A stretch of DNA of 64,000 nucleotides from Thainema sp. (GTDB lineage Bacteria; Cyanobacteriota; Cyanobacteriia; Phormidesmidales; Phormidesmidaceae): positions 64,001 to 128,000 of the forward strand of contig JBQLZK010000003.1 of NCBI GenBank assembly GCA_052168235.1, given 5' to 3'. Each line of letters starts with the position of its first letter. The first letter of the stretch is position 1. Made by a program: the position numbers and the translations under genes. Of this stretch, positions 8,949-18,824 are shown piece after piece. The notes below the pieces were generated by a model. The model saw only the letters and a program-made list of their open reading frames with translations. It did not search any database and was not told the origin of the DNA.

Positions 8949-10496
8949 CTAAACTAAATTACTTAGTGGTAGCTGCGATCGCACAATTTTTCCCTGAGCA
9001 TTACGCGGTAACTGCTCCACCATTAGCCAGCATTTGGGATGTTTATACTTGCTGAGCTGAGTTGCGATCGCGCTTCGTAACTTCTGCTCAATTCTCTCCC
9101 GATCGGTATCAACTCCCGGCACCCAAATCGCCGTCACAGCTTGCCCCCACTCAGCATCCGGTACACCCACCACGCAGACATCAGCAACCAAACCTGTCGC
9201 TCGAATCACCGCTTCCACTTCTTCCGGAAACACGTTTTCGCCACCTGTGATGATCTTGGTGCTGTTGCGGCCCACGATGTGGAGATTGCCATCAGCGTCG
9301 AGATAGCCTTGGTCGTCGGGTTGGAAGGAGTGGATGGGTGGGAGGGTGGATGGGTGGATGGGTGGATGGGTGATGGGGAGAAAGTTGGTTGTGGGTTGGA
9401 GCGATAAATAGCCGAGAGCTAAAGATTGCGCCTGAATCCTGATTTGTCCAGGCTGTCCGGGCGGCAATATGGCTCCAGTTTCATCATGAATCGCGATCTC
9501 AGCATGGGGAAGCACCCGACCGCAGCTTTCGTTTCCAGCTAGGAAATCTTGAGGTTGCAGCGTGGCAACCTGGGATGCGGTTTCAGTCATGCCGTAGGTG
9601 GGAGCCAAGGGCAAACCCAACTGACGCGCCTGACTGAACAACTGCGGCCAAGCCGCTCCACCGCCAAGGAGTATGGCTTTCAGTGTAGCGAGCCAGGGGA
9701 GGAGGGGCAAGGGTGAATGGGGTGAGGAGTGAGGAGTGAGGAGTGAGGGAGTAGATGGGTGGATGGGTGGATGGGTAGATGAATTTTGAGCTTTGAGTTT
9801 TGAGTTTTGAGTGAGTAGGAGGCGTTGGAGTTGAGTGGGGACGAGGGAGAGGAACCAGTTAGAGTCTGCTGTCTCGAAGAGAGTTATGCGTTGTCCCTGC
9901 TGGAGTTCGCGAAAGGGTTGGATGATCAGTTGGCCACCGGAAATTAGCGATCGCAGTACCTGCATCAAGCCGCTCACGTGATACAGCGGCAGCGTACAGT
10001 AGCATGACACCGCATCCACTTGAAAATGTTGCTGAAAGCCTCGCATAGAAGCGGTTAGCGTGTCCCAGGTATGAATTGCAAACTTGATGTCTCCGGATGA
10101 TCCGCCTGTGGGGATGAGAATGGCGTTGCGGGGGAGGGTTGATGGTGAGTTGGTTAATAGTGAATGGTGAATGATTGGTGATTGGAAAATGGAGAGGGGA
10201 GTGTCTGACCAGATGATGTCCGGTTTGATGAGTTGGGCCACCTGCTGCCATTCGCGATCGCGCCAGCCCGGATTCGCCAGAACCAGCACACAATCCCGAC
10301 TTCCCGCCGCTAGCAATCCCGCTAGAAACCGCACAGGCTCCGCCTCCGCCAACAGCACAACAGGTTGAGCATTCCGTGATTTAACCTGATCTAGCTCCCG
10401 CCACTTCGCCTCAATCAAGCGCTGCAAAGCATCCAGATCACCATTAATCCACCAGTTCTTCAGCCAACACCCCTCCAAATACGAAGCCCAGTCCAT
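8949..10496 (-). CDS. menE: o-succinylbenzoate-CoA ligase
   Basis: AMP-binding motifs IPTGGSSGDIK, YGMTETASQ, KIITGGENVFPEEVE; downstream of menA-menC. Confidence 0.92.
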   Translation of the reverse strand: MDWASYLEGCWLKNWWINGDLDALQRLIEAKWRELDQVKSRNAQPVVLLAEAEPVRFLAGLLAAGSRDCVLVLANPGWRDREWQQVAQLIKPDIIWSDTPLSIFQSPIIHHSLLTNSPSTLPRNAILIPTGGSSGDIKFAIHTWDTLTASMRGFQQHFQVDAVSCYCTLPLYHVSGLMQVLRSLISGGQLIIQPFRELQQGQRITLFETADSNWFLSLVPTQLQRLLLTQNSKLKAQNSSTHPPIHPSTPSLLTPHSSPHSPLPLLPWLATLKAILLGGGAAWPQLFSQARQLGLPLAPTYGMTETASQVATLQPQDFLAGNESCGRVLPHAEIAIHDETGAILPPGQPGQIRIQAQSLALGYLSLQPTTNFLPITHPPIHPSTLPPIHSFQPDDQGYLDADGNLHIVGRNSTKIITGGENVFPEEVEAVIRATGLVADVCVVGVPDAEWGQAVTAIWVPGVDTDRERIEQKLRSAIATQLSKYKHPKCWLMVEQLPRNAQGKIVRSQLPLSNLV

Positions 10497-10522
10497 CTAC
10501 ACCTAAACCCCAATTCTTTACA

Positions 10523-10557
10523 ACCCATCCACCCATCTACCCATCCACCCATCTACC
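10523..10557. repeat. 8-nt tandem repeat ACCCATCC/ACCCATCT (STRR-like)
   Basis: Read directly; same unit at about 9330-9372, 9752-9780 and 12702-12740. Confidence 0.85.
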
Positions 10558-11536
10558 CTCCCACTCTCTCCCACAATTCCTCCGCCTCCAACCCATCCCA
10601 ATCATCCCCAAACCAATGCCCTACGCCAAAGCCAACCGCCAGATCTGGGGAGTTTAAATCCACAGCTAAGCTCAATGCCGCCTGTCTACCAATAACTGTT
10701 TCAAAAACGGTCGAAAATACCAAACGAATCGGATGCTGCTGACAGAACTGGTGCAGTTTCCGGGGTGAACCTGCGATCGCAGATTTAACCACAAAAATTC
10801 CTCGCCAGCCTTTCTGATAACAATCCTGTAACTGCGTCAGCGTCGCCACCGATTCATCTAGTGCCAGCGGCGTTTGATACTGCTCCGCCAGGGTTTGCAT
10901 GGATATAAATTGATCAACAGATAACGGTTGTTCTAGGAACTCGATAAGGTTGCGATCGCACCATTCCAACCATCGATGCGCGTCTTCTACAGTCAGTCCA
11001 CCATTGGCATCAAGCCGCAGTTTTGTATCGGGTGAAAAACGCTGAATTAACTCATTGAGCCACGCTTGTTCCATAACCCGATCCGCCACGCCGATTTTGA
11101 CTTTGAACGTGTGATAGCCCTGCTGATACAGCGATGAATAGGTAGTTAACGCCGCTTTTCCAGTGGGCAAAAGCCCACAGAATTCAAGCGAATTAGAGAA
11201 AAGAAAAGAATGAGTCAGAGGTGCAATTCTCTTTGAGGCAGCAGAATTAAACGCCGATTCAAAACCCATCTGAGTCGCAGGCAGCGTATCCGGAATCTGA
11301 TTAACACAATCAGGCGTCAGCGTCTGAGGCAGTTGCTCACAAAAGGCCAGCGCATCTGCAAGGGATTCGGAGCCAAACCACTCTAACGGCGCAATCTCAC
11401 CAAAACCGACTTCCCCTTGCTCATCCGTAACCTTGAGCAAAATTCCTTCCCGCGCTGTCCAAGCACCATGATGCGATCGCAAAGGCTGCCGAAATGAACG
11501 ACGATAGGGCAAATACTCAACCGCCACCTGACCCAT
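10553..11536 (-). CDS. menC: o-succinylbenzoate synthase
   Basis: Enolase-superfamily motifs GFGEIAPL, FKVKIG, LRLDANGG, FLEQPL, ALDES; start could be 11566. Confidence 0.93.
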   Translation of the reverse strand: MGQVAVEYLPYRRSFRQPLRSHHGAWTAREGILLKVTDEQGEVGFGEIAPLEWFGSESLADALAFCEQLPQTLTPDCVNQIPDTLPATQMGFESAFNSAASKRIAPLTHSFLFSNSLEFCGLLPTGKAALTTYSSLYQQGYHTFKVKIGVADRVMEQAWLNELIQRFSPDTKLRLDANGGLTVEDAHRWLEWCDRNLIEFLEQPLSVDQFISMQTLAEQYQTPLALDESVATLTQLQDCYQKGWRGIFVVKSAIAGSPRKLHQFCQQHPIRLVFSTVFETVIGRQAALSLAVDLNSPDLAVGFGVGHWFGDDWDGLEAEELWERVGG

Positions 11537-11600
11537 CTCAACCAAGCAATCACCATCAACCATCAACTATTACTATTAACCATTAACTACTCACCATCAC

Positions 11601-12563
11601 CTACCCCAAAACAAACCCCAAACACAATAAAACACCGCTAACAAAGTGAAAATGAATTGCATAAAATTTGCAGTTACTGACTCGCTCTGGCTGATCGTGG
11701 TTCTGTGACACATGGCGATAGAGCCGAACAGCTAGCGGAAAACTCAATACGGTAATCAGTGTCCAAACAGGAAATAAACCTGCCAAAACACAACCAATAA
11801 CGTAAACAAAAACACTGCCACAAATCCACGTTAAAAGTTCCGAGCCTCGTAACGTTCCCAAACGGACAATGGGTGATGTTTTTCCAGCTTGAATATCGTC
11901 TTCTACCTGATGGAAATGGGAGCAGAATAAGACTAAGCTTGTTGTGATTCCTAATGGGATTGATGCAGCTAAACTGTTCCAAGACCAAGATTGAGCTTGG
12001 CTATAGTAAACGGCTGCAAGCCCCACTGGGCCAAAGGCAAAGAAGCATAGAATTTCGCCTAATCCTTGATATCCCAAGCGAAACGGTGGCCCCTGATAGG
12101 CATAGCCCAAGAAGCAACACAGCAAAATCAAACCTAAAACAGTAAAGTCTTTCTGCCAAATTGAAATGCTAATAATCCCGGCAATACCTAACGCCAAAAG
12201 CAAATTACCGACAGCAAAAACAAGATTCTTTCTTTGCGTTAAATTCACCAGCGAGTGATGCTTATTCTGATCAATTCCAGTTTCAGAATCAAATACATCA
12301 TTACTAATATTTTCCCAGGCTAAGATTAGGATAGCCGCAATACAAAAAACACTAAAGATTGCCCCATTGAATAGGCCCGTTGTGTAGTAAGCAACTGCCG
12401 TTCCGAGACAAATCGGCATAATCGCTACACTATACATTGGCGGTTTGATGGCAGCCATCCAGAGCTTACGTCGAGAGGGCAGCGGCGCAACGTGAACGGA
12501 ATCATTTAGTACGTCATCGAATACGTCAGGTGCTGGAGTTGTCTTTAGGGATGGGTTGGTCAT
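11601..12563 (-). CDS. menA: 1,4-dihydroxy-2-naphthoate phytyltransferase
   Basis: LWMAAIKPPMYSVA, NISNDVFDSETGID, YQGPPFRLGYQGLGE; UbiA-type membrane protein. Confidence 0.95.
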   Translation of the reverse strand: MTNPSLKTTPAPDVFDDVLNDSVHVAPLPSRRKLWMAAIKPPMYSVAIMPICLGTAVAYYTTGLFNGAIFSVFCIAAILILAWENISNDVFDSETGIDQNKHHSLVNLTQRKNLVFAVGNLLLALGIAGIISISIWQKDFTVLGLILLCCFLGYAYQGPPFRLGYQGLGEILCFFAFGPVGLAAVYYSQAQSWSWNSLAASIPLGITTSLVLFCSHFHQVEDDIQAGKTSPIVRLGTLRGSELLTWICGSVFVYVIGCVLAGLFPVWTLITVLSFPLAVRLYRHVSQNHDQPERVSNCKFYAIHFHFVSGVLLCLGFVLG

Positions 12564-12941
12564 AGCAGGTGATTTGGACGGGTATAAAAGCTGATGGGCG
12601 GTGCCACCCTGCATTGGAAAGATGATTGTGGCGTTGATTCACTCAATCAGCATCTCCCGTTGCTTCCCATTTCATTGCGAATTTTCAAAAAAGTTTATAG
12701 GGGGTGGATGGGTAGGAGGGTGGATGGGTAGATGGGTAGGAGAGGATGAGGGTGTAAAGGGCTGTAGAGGCTGTAGAGGGAGTTGAAAAGACCAAGTTGT
12801 AAAACTTGTGGGGCTTGCAGGATGTAGGAGGAAGCGCGATAGGATTGCGGCAGAAGATAAGGATAATTGCACAGAATTACAGCGATCGCACTTTTTCAAA
12901 TCACATGAATCATTGCGATCGCACATTGAACGGTGAGATCT

Positions 12942-13748
12942 ATGAACATTGCAGACCTAATTCAGCAGTTTGAAGCTTGGGCCAATCCGGCTTGGCAGGA
13001 GGACTGGGATAACTGTGGCTGGCAGGTGCAGCCCGGCATCTTAGACCAGGAAGCGCGAGTGTTGGTGTGTCTGACGCCGACGCTGGCGGTCATGCAAGAT
13101 GCGATCGCACGTTGCCAGTCGGGAACGCCTGTGAACCTGATCTTTGCCCATCATCCACTGATTTTCAGTCCCGTTAAGTCGCTGCAACCGGGAAATCCCG
13201 TCGCCGACATGGTGGCGCTGGCCTACGAGCACCGGATCGGCGTATATACGGCTCATACCAACTTTGACCAGGTAGCAGACGGAACGGCGGACGTGCTGGC
13301 CCAGTTGTTGAACTTACAGGACTCGCAACCCGTAGTGCCGACTCAAGACGGCCTGGGTTACGGTCGCGTTGGCAACCTCTCTCCGGCCCTGTCGCTGGGC
13401 GAACTGCTCAGCCAAATTCAGCAAACGCTCAATCCGCCGGACTTAATCTACTCACCAGCCGCCGATCTGGATCAGCCCATCAATCGCTTAGCCGTCCTGG
13501 GCGGTTCAGGAGCCAGCTTTCTCTCCGCCGTCGCCAAAACCGGAGCGCAAGCCTATCTCACCTCCGACTGCAAGTTTCACCAATTTCAAGAAGCCCGCGA
13601 TCGCAACCTTATCCTCATCGATGCTGGACATTACGCTACCGAGCGACCAGCCTGTGCAAGATTAGTCAAACGTCTAGAAGCAATCGGTGTAAACTGGGCA
13701 CAGCTTAGCGATCAGGACGAAGATTTTCGCCAGTTTTTCCAATCATGA
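12942..13748 (+). CDS. Nif3-like dinuclear metal centre protein
   Basis: WDNCGWQV, AHHPLIF, AHTNFD, IDAGHYATE. Confidence 0.93.
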   Translation: MNIADLIQQFEAWANPAWQEDWDNCGWQVQPGILDQEARVLVCLTPTLAVMQDAIARCQSGTPVNLIFAHHPLIFSPVKSLQPGNPVADMVALAYEHRIGVYTAHTNFDQVADGTADVLAQLLNLQDSQPVVPTQDGLGYGRVGNLSPALSLGELLSQIQQTLNPPDLIYSPAADLDQPINRLAVLGGSGASFLSAVAKTGAQAYLTSDCKFHQFQEARDRNLILIDAGHYATERPACARLVKRLEAIGVNWAQLSDQDEDFRQFFQS

Positions 13749-14875
13749 CTGAATTGAACCCAACCCCGGCTGAAACCACCACGCTGCTCCAAACGCCGCT
13801 CCATCAAGAAGCTCAGAAGCTCAAAGCCCGGATGGTCGATTTTTCGGGTTGGGAAATGGCCGTCCAGTACAGCGGCATTCGCCAAGAGCATGAAGCGGTG
13901 CGGCAAAATGCAGGCGTGTTTGACATTTCCCATATGGGCAAATTCACCCTGGTCGGCAACAATCTGATCGAACATCTGCAAGCACTGGTGCCCACCGATT
14001 TAAGCAAGCTCAAACCCGGTCGCGCCCAGTACACCGTCCTGCTTAATGAAAACGCAGGCATCATCGACGACCTGATTATTTACTATCAAGCGACGGACGA
14101 CGAAAAGCGCGATCGCATTTTCCTGATCGTCAACGCTGCCACCACCACCAAAGACAAGTACTGGCTACTCGATCACCTGCCCCAAGGACAAGTCGCCTTC
14201 ACCGATCTCTCACGGGACAACGCCCTATTTGCCGTCCAGGGGCCAAAAGCGATTGAAAAGCTGCAAACCATCGCTGAAGCGGATTTATCCAAAGTCAAAC
14301 GCTTCGCCCACATCGAGACTCGGCTCGCAGGCTACGACGCCTTCATGGCCCGCACGGGCTACACAGGCGAAGACGGCTTCGAAATCATGGTAGACAACAG
14401 CGACGCCACGAAACTGTGGCGGATACTCCTCGATTTGGACATCACGCCTTGCGGCCTGGGCGCACGGGACACTCTCCGTCTCGAAGCCGCACTGGCGCTC
14501 TACGGTCAAGATATTGACGACACCACCACTCCCCTAGAAGCGGGTCTAGGCTGGCTCGTACACCTCGATCGCAAAGGCGATTTTATTGGACGCTCCGTTC
14601 TGGAAAAGCAGCAAGAAAACGGCGTGGAACGCTGCCTCGTTGGTCTACAAATGCAGGGCCGCAATATCGCCCGTCATAACTACTTCGTCCTACACGAGGG
14701 CACATCCGTCGGTATCGTCACCAGCGGCACCCTCGCACCCACAGTCGGTCAGCCAATCGCGCTGGCCTACGTCCCCACAGAACTCAGTAAGGTCGGCCAA
14801 GAGCTTGAGGTCGAAATTCGCGGTAAAACCTATCCTGCCAAGGTCGTGAAGCGCCCATTCTATCGAGCCGATTAG
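13745..14875 (+). CDS. gcvT: Glycine cleavage system aminomethyltransferase T
   Basis: TPLH, GVFDISHMG, ARTGYTGEDGFE, GLGARDTLRLEA, VVKRPFY; ATGA overlap with the nif3 gene. Confidence 0.97.
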   Translation: MTELNPTPAETTTLLQTPLHQEAQKLKARMVDFSGWEMAVQYSGIRQEHEAVRQNAGVFDISHMGKFTLVGNNLIEHLQALVPTDLSKLKPGRAQYTVLLNENAGIIDDLIIYYQATDDEKRDRIFLIVNAATTTKDKYWLLDHLPQGQVAFTDLSRDNALFAVQGPKAIEKLQTIAEADLSKVKRFAHIETRLAGYDAFMARTGYTGEDGFEIMVDNSDATKLWRILLDLDITPCGLGARDTLRLEAALALYGQDIDDTTTPLEAGLGWLVHLDRKGDFIGRSVLEKQQENGVERCLVGLQMQGRNIARHNYFVLHEGTSVGIVTSGTLAPTVGQPIALAYVPTELSKVGQELEVEIRGKTYPAKVVKRPFYRAD

Positions 14876-14909
14876 ATAAAGTGCGATCGCACTTTGACCT
14901 CATTGATCC

Positions 14910-16058
14910 TTAAACTTTGATTGTCTCAAATCGCTTCATCAGCGCGGGGCGATTTTCATAGTTTGACTTCAAACGCTCAAACCGATCGCGAAACTCAGGT
15001 AATTTTCCCTGCTGCTCGGCCACATCGCGTAAATCGTGCAGCAATTGCGTCGCCTCATCATACGGCTTTGCCTGTTTCCGCTGCAGCAGTTCAACGATCT
15101 GATCCCAGGCTTGATCAGCTTTGGGCGCAAAATTTTCCAAATACTTCAGGCGCTTTTTGCGAGCCGCTTCTTGCTCCTTCTGACGCTTTTTCTCAGCCGC
15201 TGCTCGTTCTTTCTTCAGACGCTTATCTCTCAGCTCATCTGCGATCGCACATAGTTCAGATAGTCGTCGCGTACCAGCAGCCACCTGTGGTGCAGCTTGA
15301 TCAGCCCCTGCCAACTCCTTCAGCCGACGGATCAACTGTAAATCAACCCGTGGCTCCTGCCGAATGAGCTTAATTAAAAACTCCTGTCGCTCAGCTTCTG
15401 ACAGTTCAGGTAGCCAGTTTTCCAGCGGTGATTCTGCCCCCGATTTCTGTTTAGGACTCGCCTGAGCAGCAGTGGCAACCAGATCCGGATCGAGTTCGAC
15501 CAGTTCCATGAATGCTTTGAGCGGAGCAGAAAGCTGACCTAAATTGGGCGGCACAGGTGGCTCAACCGGATCATCCTCCAGCTCATAGCCAGCAAACTGA
15601 TCGATCACGCGCAGCCACGCCAAGTAGAGCAACCGCAGATCACCCTTCAGCAAATCGTCCCGCAGCGGGGCAATCTGTGAAAGCCATCCGTCACCCTCTG
15701 CCCAGCCACTCCAACCATCGTCGCTAATCTCAATATTGAGTACAATGTGCTGCTTGGTCTGGGTGCAGGTAATCGCATGGGTCAGACAATATGGCTCAAA
15801 CCACTCCAGATCTGCGATCGCAGATGGCAGTCGAAACATAAACTGCCACGAACCCCAGTTGGCAATGTAGAACATGATGTCGAAATATTTGGCCAAGATC
15901 TGTTCTGCATCGCCCGGAAAGTCACTGTAGTTATAGACAAAAACGGCTCGGCTAGAGCTGATCTGAACCCGACTAGACAGCTTCTGAATAACAGCTTGTT
16001 CTTGCGATGTCAGCGGACGATCAACAGCTAGAAACTCGTAATATTGGTATTCGCTCAT
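14910..16058 (-). CDS. Conserved hypothetical protein
   Basis: 382-aa ORF starting MSEYQYYEFLAVDRPL, C-terminal coiled coil; no function recognised. Confidence 0.8.
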   Translation of the reverse strand: MSEYQYYEFLAVDRPLTSQEQAVIQKLSSRVQISSSRAVFVYNYSDFPGDAEQILAKYFDIMFYIANWGSWQFMFRLPSAIADLEWFEPYCLTHAITCTQTKQHIVLNIEISDDGWSGWAEGDGWLSQIAPLRDDLLKGDLRLLYLAWLRVIDQFAGYELEDDPVEPPVPPNLGQLSAPLKAFMELVELDPDLVATAAQASPKQKSGAESPLENWLPELSEAERQEFLIKLIRQEPRVDLQLIRRLKELAGADQAAPQVAAGTRRLSELCAIADELRDKRLKKERAAAEKKRQKEQEAARKKRLKYLENFAPKADQAWDQIVELLQRKQAKPYDEATQLLHDLRDVAEQQGKLPEFRDRFERLKSNYENRPALMKRFETIKV

Positions 16059-16337
16059 CGGTCTGACCAGTTGGGGCGGGCTACTAATGAGATTAACGGA
16101 TAATACCGTTCCTCGTTAATAGGAATACAGATTCGGGGCTGGTTGACTGACAAAACTCTTGCTCTCCCTGTTCTTTCGGAGGTTGGCTAGAGCGCCAGCG
16201 AAACCCAACAAAACCGGGATTGAGGAGCTTCATTGGTGCTGAGAAATATGTGCTTCATCGCCGATAGCCAATCGGTTAGACTACACTTGAACTGTAAAAA
16301 CACTTAAACTTCGATTGAATACCGCGAGAGTTTCATT

Positions 16338-16517
16338 ATGTTTCCACTGATTGGTATTTTGGCCCTGGGTGGCTATGGCTATGGTGCCTTTCGTTTCTGG
16401 AAAGGCTTCAATCGCACTAACTTCACCCAAAATCGCGCTGTACTGACCCTGCTGTGGCCCCTGTTTTTGACCAATAAAAACTATCGCCAAAATTTCAACA
16501 AAGCATTAAAGGGATAG
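16338..16517 (+). CDS. Small membrane protein (59 aa, not in ORF track)
   Basis: Hand translation MFPLIGILALGGYGYGAFRFWKGFNRTNFTQNRAVLTLLWPLFLTNKNYRQNFNKALKG*; stop 3 nt before the next ATG. Confidence 0.8.
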   Translation: MFPLIGILALGGYGYGAFRFWKGFNRTNFTQNRAVLTLLWPLFLTNKNYRQNFNKALKG

Positions 16518-16520
16518 GGA

Positions 16521-17261
16521 ATGACCAATCGCCCCCAAAACAGTTGGTTCAATAGTTCCGCGTCTCAACATCTCGGTAGCCAAGCCGCGAACTGGCAAAA
16601 GCAAATTACTGCAATCGCACAGCGCTACAACAAAGAATATCAGCGGCAACCGTTCGATCTGCCCGCCGAAGTTGAAGCCATGCCCGTTTTTCACGAATGG
16701 GCCTCCGGAGCGCTAGCCGCCAAAAAATCAACCCCATTTTGGGAACTGGCGAAACCCAAGAAAAATCAGCACTGCCTGGATCTGGGCTGCGGCGTCAGCT
16801 TTCTGATTTATCCCTGGAACGAGTGGCAAGCCTACTTCCACGGTCAGGAAATCAGCAGCGTCGCGCAGGAAACCCTCAATTCCCGCAGCCCCCAGCTCAA
16901 CTCCAAGCTGTTCAAAGGTGCGCGTCTCGCTCCGGCTCATAAGCTGGAGTACGATGCAGATTATTTTGATCTTGCGATCGCAGTTGGCTTTAGCTGCTAC
17001 TACGACTTGGACTACTGGCAAACGGTACTAGAAGAAGTGCAGAAGGTTTTGAAACCCGGTGGCGCATTTGTATTTGACGTGCTGAACCCTGACATTCCCC
17101 TCGCCGAAAACTGGGCCATTCTAGAAACCTACCTCGGCGCAGAAGTCTTTCTCGAATCCATAGCCGACTGGAAAGCCTTAATTAAAAAATCTGGCGCAAA
17201 AGTTACCAAGCAGCGCGAAGGTGAGCTATTCCACGGTTTCTGCGTCAAGTGGCCAACCTAG
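16521..17261 (+). CDS. Class I SAM-dependent methyltransferase
   Basis: CLDLGCGVS, FDLAIA, VLKPGGAFVFD. Confidence 0.9.
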   Translation: MTNRPQNSWFNSSASQHLGSQAANWQKQITAIAQRYNKEYQRQPFDLPAEVEAMPVFHEWASGALAAKKSTPFWELAKPKKNQHCLDLGCGVSFLIYPWNEWQAYFHGQEISSVAQETLNSRSPQLNSKLFKGARLAPAHKLEYDADYFDLAIAVGFSCYYDLDYWQTVLEEVQKVLKPGGAFVFDVLNPDIPLAENWAILETYLGAEVFLESIADWKALIKKSGAKVTKQREGELFHGFCVKWPT

Positions 17262-17282
17262 ATCCGCTTCCCCAAACACCCC

Positions 17283-17578
17283 CTACCGTGTATACACATC
17301 TTGATCACTGCTTCTCAACCCCGAAATGATCCCCCCTTGCCCCCCTTAAAAAGGTAGGGCTGATTCTCTAGCAGAATAATAATTCTGTAACTCCCAATTT
17401 ATGGTTCTTTGCCAAAACGGGTTGAACGAGGAAATAGGACTTACGAGCATTTTCTTTTTTTAGAGAATCAGCCCTACCTTAAAAAGGGGGGAATTGACTC
17501 AAAGTTCCCCCTTTTTAAGGGGGATTTCGGGGGATTTCAGCGTTGAAACGGAGTCTAGGGACTTGTTATACACAGTAG
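17283..17578. mobile_element. MITE (outer) with 12-bp target-site duplication
   Basis: Imperfect TIRs CTACCGTGTATACACA / TGTTATACACAGTAG; CCCAAACACCCC at 17271-17282 and 17579-17590. Confidence 0.8.
17355..17476. mobile_element. MITE (inner, 122 bp) nested in the outer MITE, 11-bp TSD
   Basis: Perfect 16-bp TIR TAGGGCTGATTCTCTA / TAGAGAATCAGCCCTA; CCTTAAAAAGG at 17344-17354 and 17477-17487. Confidence 0.85.
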
Positions 17579-17590
17579 CCCAAACACCCC

Positions 17591-17657
17591 GTAAGGGAGG
17601 GTTTAACCGTTGACTCTAAACTCCCAATCAACATTGGTGAACAAAACCCGCCCTTAC
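17591..17657. repeat. REP/REPIN-like element (GTAGGGGCGGGTTT...AAACCCGCCCCTAC family)
   Basis: GTAAGGGAGGGTTT...AAAACCCGCCCTTAC. Confidence 0.7.
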
Positions 17658-17712
17658 AGATCTCACTCAAAACTAATCAATAAAACCCGCTCTACAACAG
17701 GGTTTATTTTTC

Positions 17713-18483
17713 GTGAAAAGCTCGAAACGAATTTGGTTAATTGGCGGCACTCAGGAAAGCGCTGAGATCGCACATGCCCTCATCCAGCATCAGATTCCCG
17801 CTCTCGTCACCGTCACCACCGAATCCGCCCGCCAGCTTTATCCCCAATCTTCAAGCTTAGATATTTGGGTTGGACGGTTAGCTGATGATGAAATGCCGCA
17901 GTTTATACAGAATCAGGGAATCAGCGCAATTGTAGACGCCTCTCACCCCTATGCCGTGGCAATTTCAAAATCTGCGATCGCAACCGCCCAAGCTCTCTCA
18001 ATTCCCTACCTGCGCTACGAACGACCTGCGATCGCAGCAGACCACCCCAGCCATCCAACATTTCCGTCAATAGAAGATTTAACAGCCAGCGATATCTTGT
18101 CCAATCAGCGGGTCTTGCTGACCATTGGCTACCGCTGGCTACCGCTATTCCAGCCGTGGCACGACCGAGCAACCCTGTTTGTACGGATCTTGCCGTCAAC
18201 CGTTGCCCTCAACGCCGCTTTAGCCGCTGGTTTCACCTCTGACCACATCATCGCCCTCCGTCCCCCTGTCACTCCTGCACTAGAACAAGCCCTATGGCAG
18301 CAGTGGCAAATCTCAATGGTCGTGACAAAAGCATCCGGCACGGCTGGAGGAGAAGACACTAAGCGCCAAGTTGCCGCGCAGCTTGGCATTTTGCTGGTGA
18401 CGATTGAGCGCCCTGCAATCACCTATCCCAATCAAACAAATGATATAGAACAGGCCATTCAATTCTGCATCAATCACCTGTAG
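17713..18483 (+). CDS. cobK: Cobalt-precorrin-6A/precorrin-6x reductase
   Basis: IWLIGGTQES, IVDASHPYA, YLRYERP, VVTKASGTAGG. Confidence 0.93.
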   Translation: MKSSKRIWLIGGTQESAEIAHALIQHQIPALVTVTTESARQLYPQSSSLDIWVGRLADDEMPQFIQNQGISAIVDASHPYAVAISKSAIATAQALSIPYLRYERPAIAADHPSHPTFPSIEDLTASDILSNQRVLLTIGYRWLPLFQPWHDRATLFVRILPSTVALNAALAAGFTSDHIIALRPPVTPALEQALWQQWQISMVVTKASGTAGGEDTKRQVAAQLGILLVTIERPAITYPNQTNDIEQAIQFCINHL

Positions 18484-18555
18484 GGGCGAATGGCATTCGC
18501 CCTGACCTCCAATCGCGTCGAGGGGCTTCGGGCATGGCTTCGCTAACGCCCCTAC
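18480..18555. repeat. REP-like element (GTAGGGGCGAATGGCATTCGCCC family)
   Basis: GTAGGGGCGAATGGCATTCGCCC...ACGCCCCTAC; related copies at 55806 and 58425. Confidence 0.75.
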
Positions 18556-18824
18556 TAGAACGCCTGAATCCACTCTTTGACGAAATACTCTGTCCAGATA
18601 CCGTTTTGCCAATAGGGGTCACCCTCAACTAGCGATCGCACCTCAGCTTCGCTTGCCGCTTCATAAATGCCAAACACCATCGTCGTGTCTGCCGTTGGCC
18701 CCAGCGTGATCAGCTGACCCGCTTCTTTTTGCTTGGCCAATCCGGCCAGATGCGCTTCCCGATAGGGGGCTCGCTTTTCCAGCACGTTCTCGCAATAGCT
18801 GCCCCACATCACATACTTGGGCAT
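18555..18824 (-). CDS. YciI family protein
   Basis: KRAPYREAHL, LGPT, DPYWQNGIW. Confidence 0.9.
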   Translation of the reverse strand: MPKYVMWGSYCENVLEKRAPYREAHLAGLAKQKEAGQLITLGPTADTTMVFGIYEAASEAEVRSLVEGDPYWQNGIWTEYFVKEWIQAF

